A stretch of 59,066 nt of DNA, counting the filler, from Sphacelaria rigidula (Eukaryota), in assembly GCA_964200075.2 (NCBI GenBank). It is 4 parts of 4 records of this genome, joined end to end, with 100 filler letters (N's around TTAATTAATTAA, not from the genome) between each part and the next. Parts side by side here need not be neighbours in the genome. Positions count along the whole stretch, not along the records: positions 14,793 to 29,484 come from CAXNAA020002093.1; positions 29,585 to 44,276 come from CAXNAA020002094.1; 2 more parts are not named here. One strand, given 5' to 3'. Both the position numbers and the translations under genes were made by a program. A model generated the notes under the pieces. The model was not told the origin of the DNA. It worked only from the letters and a program-made list of their open reading frames with translations, and searched no databases. Shown piece by piece: positions 25,084 through 38,916 of this stretch (its first letter is position 1; each line of letters begins with the position of its first letter).

Positions 25084-25691
25084 CGAGCTGGGCCAGCTTT
25101 AAAGCTGCAAAAGCTTGCTTACACCACAGTTTCCCCAGTTTCCCGAATGAACCCGAGGTAAGCATATCACTGTGAAGTGCAGACCAACCTCATGACAAAC
25201 GGCACCGCCGCTGAACGAAAAAAAAAAATGAAAAAAATGTACTGCATAATGTATGACCTTAACGACGGACGAAAAAATAGAGAATATGTCGAGATTCGAA
25301 CTCATGACCTTCATAATTGGAGTCTCCCATCACTTGATTTATAGGGGTGCAGCAACGTCACGGAAAATGTTAAACGCGCGGCCCAATTCGACGAATTTTG
25401 AGCTGAAATTTCAGAAAGACCTTCTGCACCCAAGGGACTGATACTTCATGAGTCCAGCTGCAGATTCTCCTTTTTTTCCTGGACTTACGGCATTATCTTG
25501 TTTTTGCTGAAATTTCAAATGCCCATAACCTCTTCTTCTTCTTACTGTAATATTATTTTTTGCTGGACTCGTGATCTTGTGCATTTTGATCATGAAAAGC
25601 TGCTGTCAAAAAATTTCAGCGTCCAATTCCTGATATCGCGCCGTGCATTGCCTGAACGAGATTCACACGTACTCTTGGCTGGCCCAGCTCG
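25084..25691. mobile_element. TA-flanked Tc1/mariner-like MITE
   Basis: TA|CGAGCTGGGCCAGC ... GCTGGCCCAGCTCG|TA terminal inverted repeats. Confidence 0.75.
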
Positions 25692-26748
25692 TAAGGATGT
25701 GACGTCGTGTGGTGTGCTTTGTCACCCTGCATCCTGCCGCTGTGCAATGAGCAAGCAGGTAGTACCGCCCAACGCGTCGCGCCGCGGTTTGGTACGCAGT
25801 GTCAAACACAGCAGCAAATGAGCATATTCATGTACAATGATGTGTGTTTCAAGACCGATGTGCACTGAGCGGGGCCCGCATCTAGAGAACCCTGCACCAA
25901 CTTCGGCCTCTTCTAGCGGATTGATACATCTTTTCAGCGGAAACCGCTTGCGATATGTGCTGTAACGAATCTCGTGCGTCATGCAGCTTTCTCCCATGTA
26001 TTTCATCGCCCGTGAAGCGGGCTGTTGAAGCTAACAGTGCCCAACACTCTTGCCACGATGGCCTCCTGTCTGAGCTCGAGATAATTGAACCTGCGGAACA
26101 TGACTTCATCTAGTAGAACGTACACGCCGTCCTGACAAAAGCTTCCATAATATCGAAAAGGAATAACACTGGGTATGGAAAGCTTACAGAACACACAAAA
26201 ATTGTCGGGTAGGGTATGGAGGTTGCACACAGAACACTGTACCCGCAACCGGGTACCTTATCAACAGCATACCCTTGCCCCCGGTAACGGTACAGGAGGC
26301 TTACAGAACCTACAGAAGTATCGGATAAGGGTGTGAAAGTCTTGCAGAGGCCACAGAACTATCCGGTACCGGTACGTAGGACAGCTCATGAGCTAGCTCA
26401 TTTGCGGGCGGTAGCTCACTTGTAGTCAAACATGTACATGTGAGCTACGTCCGATAGCTCAACACAAGGTAAACGCGCGCTGATAAGCGACGAGTTGGTA
26501 GCTCACCCAGGGCAAATATGCGTAGCTCATGCAGCTCTCATAGCTCACCTATCGCAAACGTGCGCAGCTCATACAGCTCCCGTAGCTCACCCAGGGCGAA
26601 TGTGAGCTGATGAGCTACGGGTTGATAGCTCACCCAGGAAAAACATATGCGGATGAGCTACGCTCGATAGCTCATCCAAGGCAAACATGTGTAGCTCACG
26701 AAGCTCTTGTAGCTCACCCGGGGAAAACATGAGCGGATGGGCTACGGA

Positions 26749-27165
26749 CACGGGATCTTACAAATTGGGGATGAGAAACCTGGAGAATTCAAATCTTCGT
26801 ATCCACACCAAATCTTCGAAATATGGTTCCATTTTTTCACCTACTGATAGCTACTGACAACTGCTACACGCCACAGGAATTTGGATTTCGATCATCGAAA
26901 TGTTGGGGTCCTAGGTGAAAAAACAATTTTGGGGAATTCCGGGTGTCCGGACGCCAAAATGGTTCCAAAATTGGTTTTTCACCTAGGACCCCAACATTTC
27001 GGTGATCGAAATGCAAATTTCAATGGCGTGTAGCAGTTGACAGTAGACATCAGTAGGTGAAAAAATGGAACCATATTTCGAAGATTTGGTGTGGTACGAA
27101 GATTTTAATTTTCCGGGTTTCTCATCCCCAACGAAATATCCATCCCCAATTTGTAAGATCCCGTG
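26749..27165. mobile_element. Almost fully palindromic MITE
   Basis: CACGGGATCTTACAAATTGGGGATG ... CATCCCCAATTTGTAAGATCCCGTG; ~185-bp arms with the loop near 26930-26965. Confidence 0.85.
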
Positions 27166-27547
27166 TTTACGCCCGGTGGCTCACCCCAGGGACACATGGT
27201 CGTGGCTAACTCACGCCATATGCCTAGCTCGCCGCTGGCCAACCCCGTGTCGCTGATGATGAAAGATTCTTGTTCGAACGGTTCGAACGATGGCGCCACA
27301 TATCATTAGGTTGTGGTGTTTTGCCTCACTTTTTGCGATAGGAAGAAAAGAAGCCAACACATATCCTCGTTCGCATGGTCGGATGGTTGAAAAAAGTATT
27401 GATACTCAGTCTTTAACAATAATCGATCAATTCATTTCTTTTGATCGGTTGGCCGCGAGGGTACGAGTCCATCTGGTCATGCATACGTTTTTCAAGTGAA
27501 ATTGGAGCCGATTTAGCAGATTACTTATGCTCGCCGTCAAGGGGTTA

Positions 27548-27655
27548 GCCCTTTGACCGCGAGAGTAGGCAATGTGATAAATCAGCAAAGTTCACTTTAT
27601 TTTTCGGGTGTGAATGATGCCGACTCAAAGACCTCCTACCCTCGCGGCCAAAGGG
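27548..27655. mobile_element. Tiny piggyBac-like MITE
   Basis: CCCTTTGACCGCGAGAGTAGG / CCTACCCTCGCGGCCAAAGGG, flanked by degenerate TTAA (TTAG, ATAA). Confidence 0.5.
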
Positions 27656-29689
27656 ATAAGCAATTGTAGCTCTCATAGCTCATCCAGGGCAAATATTCGC
27701 AGCTCACCTAGCTATCATGACTCATCCAGGGCAAACATTTCTAGCTCATGCATCTCTCATAGCTCATCCGGGGCAAACATGCGCAGCTCATGCAGCTCTC
27801 ATAGCTCACCCAGACTGAATTGGAGCTGATGAGCTACGGGTTGGTAGCTCACCTATCGCTAACGTGCGTAGCTCATACAGCTCCCATAGCTCACCCAGGA
27901 CGAATATGAGCTGATGAGCTACCGGTTGGTCGCTCACGTACGGTAAACGTGCGTGGCTCATACAGCTCTCATAGCTCACCCCAGGAAAAACATGCGTAGC
28001 TCATGTAGCTCTCATAGCTCACTAGGGAGCTACGCTCAAAAAGAGCTAGCTCGAGCTAGAGGGAGCTGATCCGTCCGACGTGTGAACGATACAGGCTGCA
28101 ATAGCTTCCAGCCATTGAAGCACAGCACAGCACTTACAGTACAGTACGTAGACATGGAGTACTCGTGGGCACCTTAACAGGAATGTTCCGACCTCGAATT
28201 GTAGGTGGCATTGGGCAGTGTACGTGAAAGACCAGCCAGCGGCCACAACAAGAGCACAGATCTGGAAGACGCCGCAATGGGCGCCATCCACGAGAAAATA
28301 AGCACTGCGCAACTCGTTTGCTCACTTCTTTTCCAATACACTCCCAATCGCTCCCCTTCCTCGGGACGAGTCCATAGTCCCAAGGGATCACCTCATATCT
28401 CCTTTGGTGCATACCTTGCATTTAGGTATAGCGGATTGGATCATGACTACTCCCACATCGAGTCGACGGTCGCCGAAATGAATGAAATCCCTATGCCACT
28501 TACGCCCTCATGGTTGAAACGATGGTATTTTCTGTCTAGATGCAAGCTACATAAGCGCACAGGCTCGGGAATTCGGCGGTTCTAGTAGTTGATCCAACAT
28601 CTCCGTGCTGGTACAGGAAAGACGCAACGAGGAAGCACAACACCTACGCACCAAGCCCCCGAAAAACACGCAGACAACCATCGCTCACGCGCATTAGCTC
28701 CACCGCCAGTCCTTGCTCATCTACACACAGTAGTCTTCGTATGACGGGAATCCGTCCGGACTTGGAGGAAGGGCAACCGCGTGCGTGTGATTTTCAACCA
28801 AATATGTGCCGTTCCTGAAGCTCATGTCTAGTGCTTCCGGCGCGTCTGATACAATCTACCTGATACAGGCTGGTTCACGCTCATCACCCAAAATTGTGTC
28901 ATCAGCAAATGCCTTTCGCGATACCTACCCAATAGTCGCATACATGACATCATACTGATCGTCTTGGACAGCTGAAGAGCGTGGCATAGCCGGTTTTGTG
29001 TGTAAGGTCATAGTGGTAGCGCTAAGGACGAAAGGGTATATCGACCAATCAGCGCCGGTCAAATTGTTCCGAGACCGATATTACGAATTCCAACCCCAGT
29101 TTTCACCCGATCTCCACATGCTTCAAATCGTAGTAATCGTCATCGGCGCGGGAATCTAACGAAAAAAAAAATATTCTAAACCGGGCACTACGGGGGTCGA
29201 ATTATACCCGAAACCGTGATGTTTGGGTGATGTCGGGTGTTGGGCGTCGTCTAATTTCTACAAATGATACGCACGAAGGACCCATGGAGCCTCGTGACGA
29301 TGTCTCCTATATCCGTTGTAAAAAGGCTCAGATCGTCCTCGAACTTGGGAGTTCCGTAGTTATTAACCCTTTTGGGACCGGACCCCCACTGACACAGGGT
29401 TGACCCTGTGTTAGTGGAATAATAAAAAATAAGTCTTCGAGCGACCTACCCAATCATAGCGAGGCGAAATTCATCGACCAGACCNNNNNNNNNNNNNNNN
29501 NNNNNNNNNNNNNNNNNNNNNNNNNNNNTTAATTAATTAANNNNNNNNNNNNNNNNNNNNNNNNNNNNNNNNNNNNNNNNNNNNAAAAAAATATACAAAA
29601 GACAAATAAAAAAAAAATAAAAAAAAAAAAATTTATAACTAAAAAATAATAAAATAAAAAAAAAAAAAAAAAAAACATGGAGCTCTTTT

Positions 29690-30260
29690 TCATCGTGTCT
29701 TACGAAACTTCAAAGTACAACTCTAAAAATTGATGTGAGAATCCCAAAGTAGTGCGTCTAGTGCCTCTGCTCGTAATATGTTGAGTTAGTATCGAATACT
29801 ATATGCGCCACATCTCTAGATAATGAATTAGCAAAACTCTCGAAATTGAGGTGATAATCCCAGATTAGTGCAGTGATTTAGTGCCTCTGCTCGTAATATA
29901 TGGAGAAAGCATCGAATCTTAAATGCGCCAGATCTCTCATTCATGCATTAGATGCATGTCAGGGTATTCATCGTTCCCCTGTTATCCGGAGAATATTCAC
30001 ACCAATAACCATCATCCGCCGTACGTATCATTCGGGTTTCGTGTAGAATTTAGTGTCTACTTAATCTCCTGGCGTTACAGGATCGATTTATTCGACATAG
30101 CGTTTGATCAACCAGAACAAACTTCCCCAGGCCGTAAAGAAGATGGGCATCTGCACCTTGATTGGACAATTGAAAAGGTGCATCACGACCCAATTCGTCT
30201 GTGTCGATGAGACATGGTTGTGAGAGCTTATATCCGATTTTAGGCTGGCCAAGCTCGTTA
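29690..30260 (-). mobile_element. Mariner-like family A fragment
   Basis: Ends in CCGATTTTAGGCTGGCCAAGCTCGTTA. The internal sequence is the reverse complement of 31755-32200 and 42340-42750. Confidence 0.65.
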
Positions 30261-31035
30261 CTAGACACAAAAAAAAACTGATACTCAAAAACAACAGGCA
30301 TCAAATCGCACAAGTTGTGCAGGCCAAACCTGGACAATTTCATCTTCTGCCTAGCTGGAACCTCCAAAGCTAGGTGCCCTGGTGCAACCACCCGAGCTCA
30401 AGATGCTTCACACAACGTCCACAAATAATCGTGCAGAAAAACAAACGACTCAAAAATGAACAACTAGCGCGCGCTCCGATCTTGCCGTTCCTTGTGCCCT
30501 GTTTTTCAAGAGGCGAAGAGCTATACGCCCATATGCGCATGTCTACGCAAGGAATTTGTTTCACCGTTGGGGCATACACAAAATATATCGTCACTTTTCC
30601 CCAAAACAACGAAAAATCTCCCCAAAAAAGTGCGAGGAAGTTTTTTTGACAAAGAAAACAACATGGAATGGGTACAGTCATGTGTGTGCCGGTCGTGTGC
30701 CCTCCCCATAACATTCATTTCTACAGTCTACCACCCTACGAATGCACCAACCCCGCTTCACCGTACAACGTCTCTGATCTCTCGAGAACCATCAACCGAC
30801 CAACCAGCCACCATAAATCGTTCAGCGCCGTACAGATCATAATTCCGTCCGGCAGTACAATCAATCCCTCTTCACTCCATTCCAACACCTAGCGCATCAC
30901 TTTTCAAATTCATCCCTTCCCCAAACTGTCCGCATGCACCCACGCTTCAATACTACCACCCACACATAACTTCCCAAACTGTTCCCATGCACCTCACAGC
31001 TATACTCCCCTCCCTTCCCCGTCCCAACCATACCA

Positions 31036-34000
31036 CTACACGTAAACCCTTGCCCCAACCCCACTGTCGCTCCCCCCAGCGCCGTCTTCCTCACCCGACC
31101 CTTCCTGGGCCACGGCGTGGGCGTCTGGTGTGTCACCTGTTACCCCCTCATCCAACCCGTCAGTACAATCATCGACGGGCGTCGTAGCCTCAAACAGCAC
31201 CGTTTCATCGCCATCATTGTCCGTGGCAGCGTCGATATCTTCCAAATCCGGCGTGCCGGCCTCATCGTCACCATCTTCACCATCGCCCACGGTCACAGCG
31301 TTCTGGGCGGATAGCACTGGAACGTGACTGCTGTCGACTGTTGTATTATTTCCGCCGTCACGAGATCCAAGGTCGTTCGACAATGATTCGGTGGCAACAA
31401 CCGACGGCTCTTGCTTCTCGACACTCCCTGCCGCACCAGCATCAGCTGAACACAGCCCATCCTGTCCCCCAGCTACGCCACTAGTCGGCAGGTCCCAAAA
31501 CGTTTCTTCCTCTTGCCGAGCTCGCTTTTGGCGCTCCGTTTCAGCGGCCTCGGCCTTGGCATTGACATCAACATGAGGCGCGGCACCGTCCTTGTCTACC
31601 TTCTTTTCAGAAGCTACCTGCTCGAGGAAACGCGATGGGCAAAAGTTTTTGAGCTAGCTACCATCATTAGTTAGATGGACGCCCAGCCTTTGACTACGAA
31701 TATATATTTTTTAAATTGTAGGGTGTTTGCATATCAACATCACACATTCACATTGGTCGGATTTAAGCTCTCACAGCCACATATCATCAACACACACGAG
31801 TTGGGCTGTGATCCGCATATCGTATTAATCGTCTCATCAAGAGGAAGGTGCCCATCTACTCAAAAGTCTGGGCCAATATTTTCTCGTTGATTAAACTCCA
31901 TGTCTAGAAATTCCTATACCGTACGGAGATAGCGCCCATGCCAATATTGATATAAACTCCGAACGATACATTCAGCAGATGACGATTTTTGGTGTGGACA
32001 CTCCCTGGAACACGGGGAAACGATAGATACCCCGACCTTCACGTCGTTCATTATATATCTCGAGATATGGCGCACATAAGTTTTGATAGTCAGTATATTA
32101 CGGGCAGAGGCCTTAGATGAACTAAATCTGGATATCGCGTCTCAGTTTTTACGAGTTTTGCTATCAAATTTCGTATGGAGATCCTCTAGCGCATAATTAG
32201 AGTTTTGAGGAGGAACGAACATTGCTCTTGAGCCTCGTCTCGATTTTCAGCTCAATTTCTGGAATTGTGATTTGACACCCAGCATGGAGAACCATAGAGG
32301 TACGCTGAATGAAAAAAAATGGGCCTTCGCTTCTTTCTTTTTTTTTTGGGGGGGGGGGAAAGAGGTTTGGACGTTCTCGTAAAAAAATGGTCGTCACCAT
32401 ACTAAAACGCCCTAAACCAGTGGAAAAAAATCAATGACTACGAACCTGACTCATTTTTCTTGGTTCAACATAACCTAGAGAGGTCTCACACGAAATTTTA
32501 ATACACGAACACCAAACATGGGCCGGTAAGCGGTCTGCAAAATATTGTTCCGAATTTCCACCGGTCCGGTTTTTCAAAGGCCAACTCGCAATTTACTACT
32601 GAGAGTCGGACCCTGAAATTTGGCATGGGCAATAGAATAAACAGGGTGTAATAAAAAAAATATACATGGACCGAAATATTTTTCTTTTCATCAGACAATA
32701 ATTAGTTTTCAGGTTTTTGTAAAATGCCCTTATATCACAACAACAACAATGTTTGGGTCCATGCATATATATTTTTTTCATACCCGCTGATTATCCATAC
32801 CAATTTTCAGTACACAACTTCAAGTATAAAATTGCGAAATGGCCTGTAAACTCCAGATCCGCTTCCAGGCTGGCCCAGCTCGTGAGGTTTGACGAAGATG
32901 AATGACAGCAGTTTTCAGCTGAAAAAGGGAAATTATGTAGTTTTTTAGTAGTCGTCGATTTTCAAATGTGTTTTCGCGTGCCACCACGCATCCCAGTGGA
33001 CGTTAGATGCAAAGTTTGGGGATTGGGAGACACTAGGCATCCATCCGCTCCACATTCCGAGACAAAATCATCTCCGCACACAACCTTGAACGACTTACGG
33101 GCTCACCGGTTTACGGGGGGTCCTGCCTGCAGCTACCCCACCCCAGGTTTTGACCCTTGAAAAATTGAGCTCGATCGCAGCAATCCAGATCGTTCTCGTG
33201 AACAATTGAAGATGGAAGTTTTTCGTTTCTATTGCTCACCTCTTTATTGCGCTAGACTCCATAAACTGTGTTTTTGGTCTTTTGACGATCGGTAACACCC
33301 CCTGATAAACGAGGAACTTACCACGTATCAGCCTGACAACACCAATTGAGGATTGTGTCCTCGACATGACCTGCTTTTGTTCCTAATATCAATATCGCTG
33401 GGACTTTCGACTGCGAACGAAGAATGCTAGGAGAGAAAATTCAGAAAAGTACCAAAAAAGGAAATTTGCCCAACCGAGCTCCGCAGAGCACAGAGGGGCG
33501 GGGTGGTACTCATTGGTTCCTTGCCTCAGTCGTTTGACCATTGACTACTCATCCATTTCGAGACGGAGCACTACATAGCCCAGGGTGTGTGTGAAACATC
33601 CCGATCGCTCTCGTAAAACAAATTGAGACCTCTTCCTCTTATTTTTACCAGTTTATTGCGCTAGACCCGAAGAAAGCATGTGTTTCGAACCAAAAACGTC
33701 CATCAACACCCCCTGAAATTCAGCGTTGAGTCGTCCAATATTGAGCGCAGAGATGATTTTCGTTTGGGCATGTGAAGCGGATGCCTGGAATCTCCCGGTC
33801 TCTGAACTTGGGGAGAAAGCGTTCGCTGAGATGAGCGGTGGCACGCAAAAAAAACTATCGAAAGCCGCCGGCTACGCAAAAACAACACAAATCCCTTGTT
33901 TCAGCTGAAAACCACTATAGATGTTCATCACCGCTTACTTTCGCCGAACTGAACGTGATATTGACACAAACACAGCCTCAACGCAAACTGCCACATATGA

Positions 34001-37000
34001 ACGCGCTACCGAATTACCCAACACACAAGCAACTGAACCAAAAATGCACCGAGGGGAGGACTGGAAGTCCTTCGTCGCTTGAAAACAATATATATATATG
34101 AGAAGTAATGGGGGACATACAGGACAAACAATGCCAACAGATGAGTACATGAAACAAAAATGGTGACCCTATCCAAACAAACACTGACCTTAGACACAAC
34201 CTCAAATGGCACGCTGGGGAGTGACGCCGCGGTTTGCGCGGCTGCTTCCGCCATTTCCATTTCCTCGGCCTTCAAGGCAGCGGCCGCCGCGGCGGCGTCG
34301 GCCTCGTCCGCCTCCTGCTTTTCCATTGCTAGGGCGACCCTCGCCGCCTCCCCAGCCTCCCCCTCTAGCTGCGCTTGCTGGTGCAACAATACATCGGCGG
34401 CGGTTATCTGGACTGGCGTATCTTCTTCTTCTGGGGAGGCCACGTCGAACTTCCAGCTGAAAGGCCATCTGTGATTTCAAGGATAGCAACATCGGTGAAC
34501 GGGATGAGTGTCAGGAGAAGGCAAGGTTTCAAGGGCGTGTGACGTTAGGGTGTACCCGATATGTTGGTATTTTGAACAGTGGAGATCCGACCCATGCCCA
34601 CAGCAGCAGCCAGCCCAGTGCTGTTCCTCCCCTCTCTAAAGCCCATACAAGTCATTGTGATGTGCGACTTTTCAAAATATTACAATAGTGGGTGTACACT
34701 ACTCGACACACCCTTGCGAAGGTTGCACCATCGTCGAAGCAAAAGCAGGTTATCCGTGCGAACAGAAACGGAGTAGAGAGGAAACAGCGACGGACGGGAG
34801 ATGAGAGACATAGGATCCGCCCTCACATCTTGTGGGCCACATGCAAGGCCTGGCCCAGTGACCATGACCTTTAGCATTCGAGATCATAATGAACTTTCAA
34901 CACACATCTTTTCTCAGCCACACTCTATTTGTTCTACCTCTTCCGTTTGTTCCACTCTTCTCCAGCGAGTGTTCCAGTTCTGCTTTGTCTCGAGTACGTC
35001 TATCATGTCACGACGGCTGGATCTCTGGGCGGTCAGTTGAAGAGCGACAATCGATCAACACAGGGAGTACCTCCTTCTTGTGTTAAATCGACAAAGAGAG
35101 CACGATAGTGCTGCAAAACCTACCTATTAGCTGAAACATGAAAATGTAAACGTAGTGTCCCGTTCAAGCGCAGTATGAATGTATGTATGTATGCTCGGAG
35201 ACCATACTCCTGCGCCTGGGTGACTCGACAGTATCATCAACACAATCTGATCGGAAGAGGGATTGGTCGAAGCTTCTGTCCAAGTTTTCAAAACGAGAGC
35301 GCGTGATTTCATTTGCTGACGAACATGTATCATGAAAGAATAAGTCACCCAGAATGTCATGTTTCTCAACAGTAATGCATATTATTTTTTAATCCACTGA
35401 TAGACAGTGAAAGTAAACAGGCAAGAAGGATCCTCCCCCCTCCCTTCTCTCATGTATCAGCTTGGCTACTGCAGGTAAGCGACGAACAGACCGGCTAAAG
35501 GAAACACACCAACAGAAGCAGTTACACGGCACTCCATCTGAATCCTACAACAACGACACGCCACCCTCTTCGCAAACGGCAAAGCACGAACATCACGCAC
35601 CTGAACTCCACCAGGCTGTGCAACATTACCACCAGCTTGCCTCTACAAGTCCGAATGGTCGTTGCGGTCCCGAAATCGATGAGGTTAGCGATTTTCATTC
35701 TATTTTATTCTTGTTTCACGTCTGCGTGAATTTTTTGGGGTCCTACATTATTTTCATTTGATTTCATTATATTTTATTCAGGGCAGTTAAACTGTGACCC
35801 CGCAAGGCGCCCGCATCAGATGCCCAGTAAGGAGTACTGCGCAGACATCGGAGATGTCTTTAATGCGAACACAGCAACAGCAACGATCAACAACAACGAC
35901 GAGCATGAATATATATATATATATATAGTACTGGTGTCCCAGCACAAACCACCGGAGACTCACGAGTAAAAGTCCCGAGAGAGATCTTGCTTGTCCACAC
36001 ATAGGATCTGGCGACTTTCGCCAGGCCTCAACGTGAACTTGATGTCCGGCGCAGGAGAAGGGATGTGATAGTTAGGTCGGTCGAAGCCGTAGTACGGATC
36101 GACCCTTGTCGTGGACGAAATATGGAAAACGAACTTCACGGAATCCATGCGGTGATTGGTCACCTGTCGGCGTGAACGGCAGCCGGTTCAGCAAAATACA
36201 CGGTGAACACTTAGTTTTTGCCATGGGTACCGCGGAGACATGGCACTGACACGAGATGAGAAACACGGATTCAACAAAACGAAAAAAGTACACAGACACA
36301 AGGTACAAAAAAGACGACACCCGAGACGGGGGGGGGGGAGGTGGGGGACGGGGGGAGAACTCATGATCTTGCATGCCGTAGCCATATGATCATTGACCTC
36401 GCATGCCTGCAAAGCCGGGACGGAGAACGCCGGGTTTTCGTCGACCAGGTTTGCAATCACCGAGCGCGAAGCGCCGTGATGTATTCGGTGAGTCGCATGA
36501 ATGGTGAGCTGGATCCAGCTAACATTGTTCCGTCCGAAGCCTACTGGTTATCTTGCAGGTGAACGACAGCCTCCAATTTTTTACCTTTTTTTGGTATCGC
36601 CACTTCCAGACACTACCACAGCTTACACACTGCCTCATGGATGTCTCACCACAAACCATCGTGGGATAGGCGGAGGGGAATTGATTTCTCCTGCAGTCCT
36701 CGCCCATACTTCCTTGCCGGTTGGGCCAATGACTTCAATAGAGCAGCGGTATTCTGGAATATGTCAACCCCTCATACTTTGTATACAGACTAGGACCGGT
36801 TCACAATACTAAGTCGTCGCCGCGTGACTTACAAAAGCCAACATAGCATTGTTGACAGATACCCACACTCGAGTATCTGCAATACTTGGCCTTGCGCGTC
36901 AAACCTGTCCAACCATTGACTCACTTCCCTGTATCAAGAAACAGCAGTTGATGCGGGCATACCATCTAATAGCTATTTTGAGAAACAGATATCTTGAGTC

Positions 37001-37759
37001 TTGTGCAAAGTTCATCAAGCTTCACATAAATAAATTCGAAACACTCTGCATAACGATCAACCAAATAAAAAAGCAGAAAAACAAAAGACAATGAGTAAGG
37101 GTTAAAGCTAGGCTTAGGGTGATGACCGCTGAAGCAAAAACACGACTCTATCGATCCTACTAGACAACATCGGACTAGAGCTCACACCACAAGCACAACA
37201 CCGGCGCACTGACCCTCCAGAAGCGCCTCCAAGGTGACGCAGCGGTGGCAATACTCGCACTGGCGATAGTTGCAGCAGCGACACCTGCATTGGCCCCTTC
37301 GACATACCCCGCTTCCACGACTGGGGTCGTATGGCTCAAGTCCAGCATCTCCACCTGAACACGCCACGCAGCGACCATACCACACGTCCGCCAACGATCA
37401 CTTGTTTTGTTTCAAAGGAGAACGATCATGGTTCACTTGGATTGCCCAACTACAACATAACCAAAAAAGTCAGAAATAAAAACAAAAGCAGAATAAAACA
37501 AAACATGCGAAACAATGAAACGACAATCACCCACCACCACCACATCACGTCATCACATCACTACCACCAACACCAACACCAACACCAACAACAGTGACAC
37601 TAACGACACCAACGACACCAAAGAACCGAGAAACAAGGGCTCACACCCACCTGCACCCCGTTGCTCGTGAAGCTCTCCACCCTCGTCACCCCAGGCTCGC
37701 CTTCTGCGGGCCCGATCTTACCCCTTCTAGCCATATCCTCTAATCGCTCCTCAGCAGTG
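31036..37759 (-). CDS. 3' part of a spliced gene (~436 aa visible): a globular segment, then an Ala/Glu-rich helical stretch and an acidic low-complexity tail; product uncertain
   Basis: Five phase-consistent AG/GT exons: 37759-37651 (TAEERLEDMARRGKIGP...NGVQ), 37354-37214 (VEMLDL...PWRRFWR), 36163-35964 (VTNHRMDSVKFVF...RDFYS), 34468-34189 (WPFSWKFDVASPEEED...VVSK), 31617-31036 (VASEKKVDKD...ARVYV then TAG). Confidence 0.75.
31755..32884 (+). mobile_element. Mariner-like family A copy, in an intron of the minus-strand gene
   Basis: Collinear with 42340-44078; ends in AGGCTGGCCCAGCTCG. Confidence 0.65.
32905..33925. mobile_element. Second copy of the long-TIR element at 17085-18020, inverted
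   Basis: Same GCGTGCCACC.../...GGTGGCACGC TIRs and the same internal CCCAACCGAGCTC block. Confidence 0.7.
34530..34716. mobile_element. Short MITE with CAAGGGCGTGT TIR; second copy at 46223-46438
   Basis: Shared internal GGAGATCCGACCC.TGCCCACAGCAGCAGCCAGC...AAAGCCCA.ACAAGTCA and inverted ends. Confidence 0.7.
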
Positions 37760-38916
37760 CTGTCAAAGCAATTCATATTGTATGCCCTGCTTGCCCCATG
37801 CGTAGTTGATTTGCAGTGGTCGATCGGACAGGTAGACAGCGAGAGTTGTGAGCGGCAGGGGAGGCACATGTGGAGTGATGATAAACATCGAAAACACAAA
37901 TACAGACTCACGAAAAAACAAAATGCCATCCACAGGGGGTGTGATTGCGACACTTCCTACCCCCTGACACGTACGATCTTCGATCATCTCCGGAACACGT
38001 TTTTACGCAAGTATAAAATATATTTGGTGTCACTTTGTCTGTTTACTTTTGCTTGTTTGTTTGCTTCTGTTTGTTGTCTGCAGTCTCAGGAGACACGATG
38101 GGAACCCCATGCCTTGCAAGAATAGCAGGGACGGTATTGGAAAGACGAGCCTGCGTCTGTGAGCACGGGTTCGAGAGATCGGACTAATGTGCCGAAATAA
38201 AAACACAAATGAACATTTAAAATAAAGAAAGTGGTGCCGCTACGAACATAACGTCAACAGGTACAGTACGAAATCACCACCTATAAACGACGAACACGGG
38301 GGAGATACGAAGAGAAACGCCACCAATCATGATTTACATACCTCAGTCAAAGCGTACTTCATTGAGCAAGGACCTTCAGCACGAGGTAGCTATTGCCGCT
38401 AAATACCACCCCCATGTGAACAACGTCGCCGGATAATAGATTTCCGCGTGTTTGTGAGACCATGTTGGTACCCACAGCACCCTACCGGAGTACATTGTAC
38501 TTCATCCTCTTCATAACATTCCCCCCAGCGAGTGTAAACTCCGCGAGTGACAAAGTGCACCGCATCCCTCACTATCCGATTTTCTTTCGTTTTTCACGGG
38601 GATTCGAATCCCTTTCGAAAATAAATAATATTAGCAAAAATAAGGAGAATTCTTATCGAAGGTCATAATAATCCCTTCGCCATAAACCCCTCTCTGAAAA
38701 AACGGTCGCTGATTGGTCACTGCGATACCACCCCCCCAAAAAAGTGCCCCAATATCGTAATAATAGTAGTAATAGTAGTAATAGTCATGATTATAGTAGC
38801 ACTTGAATATTTCTAGGGTAACACTGCCATAAACGCAGATACAGCTTAGAAATGGATTGAGGCTCTCAGAGCAATATCTCATCGACACAGACGACTTGGA
38901 CGATGATCCGCATATC

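Larger units (their letters stand above)
26378..28075. mobile_element. Non-autonomous element with AGCTCA-rich subrepeat arrays, carrying nested MITEs
   Basis: Dozens of (T)AGCTCA units at 26380-26745 and 27665-28050, with imperfect inverted ends. Confidence 0.65.

Noticed and set aside
26380..28050. Regular AGCTCA repeats as a possible CRISPR array
   Set aside because: Units are degenerate and variable, there are no unique spacers or cas genes, and the context is eukaryotic.
28100..29000. Possible Helitron Rep or transposase relic
   Set aside because: Only a vague WHWAVY stretch; no catalytic motifs and many stops.
34938..35024. Possible extra minus-strand exon RSSRRDMIDVLETKQNWNTRWRRVEQTEE
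   Set aside because: Phase 0-0, which cannot fit the phase-2 junction between 35964 and 34468.
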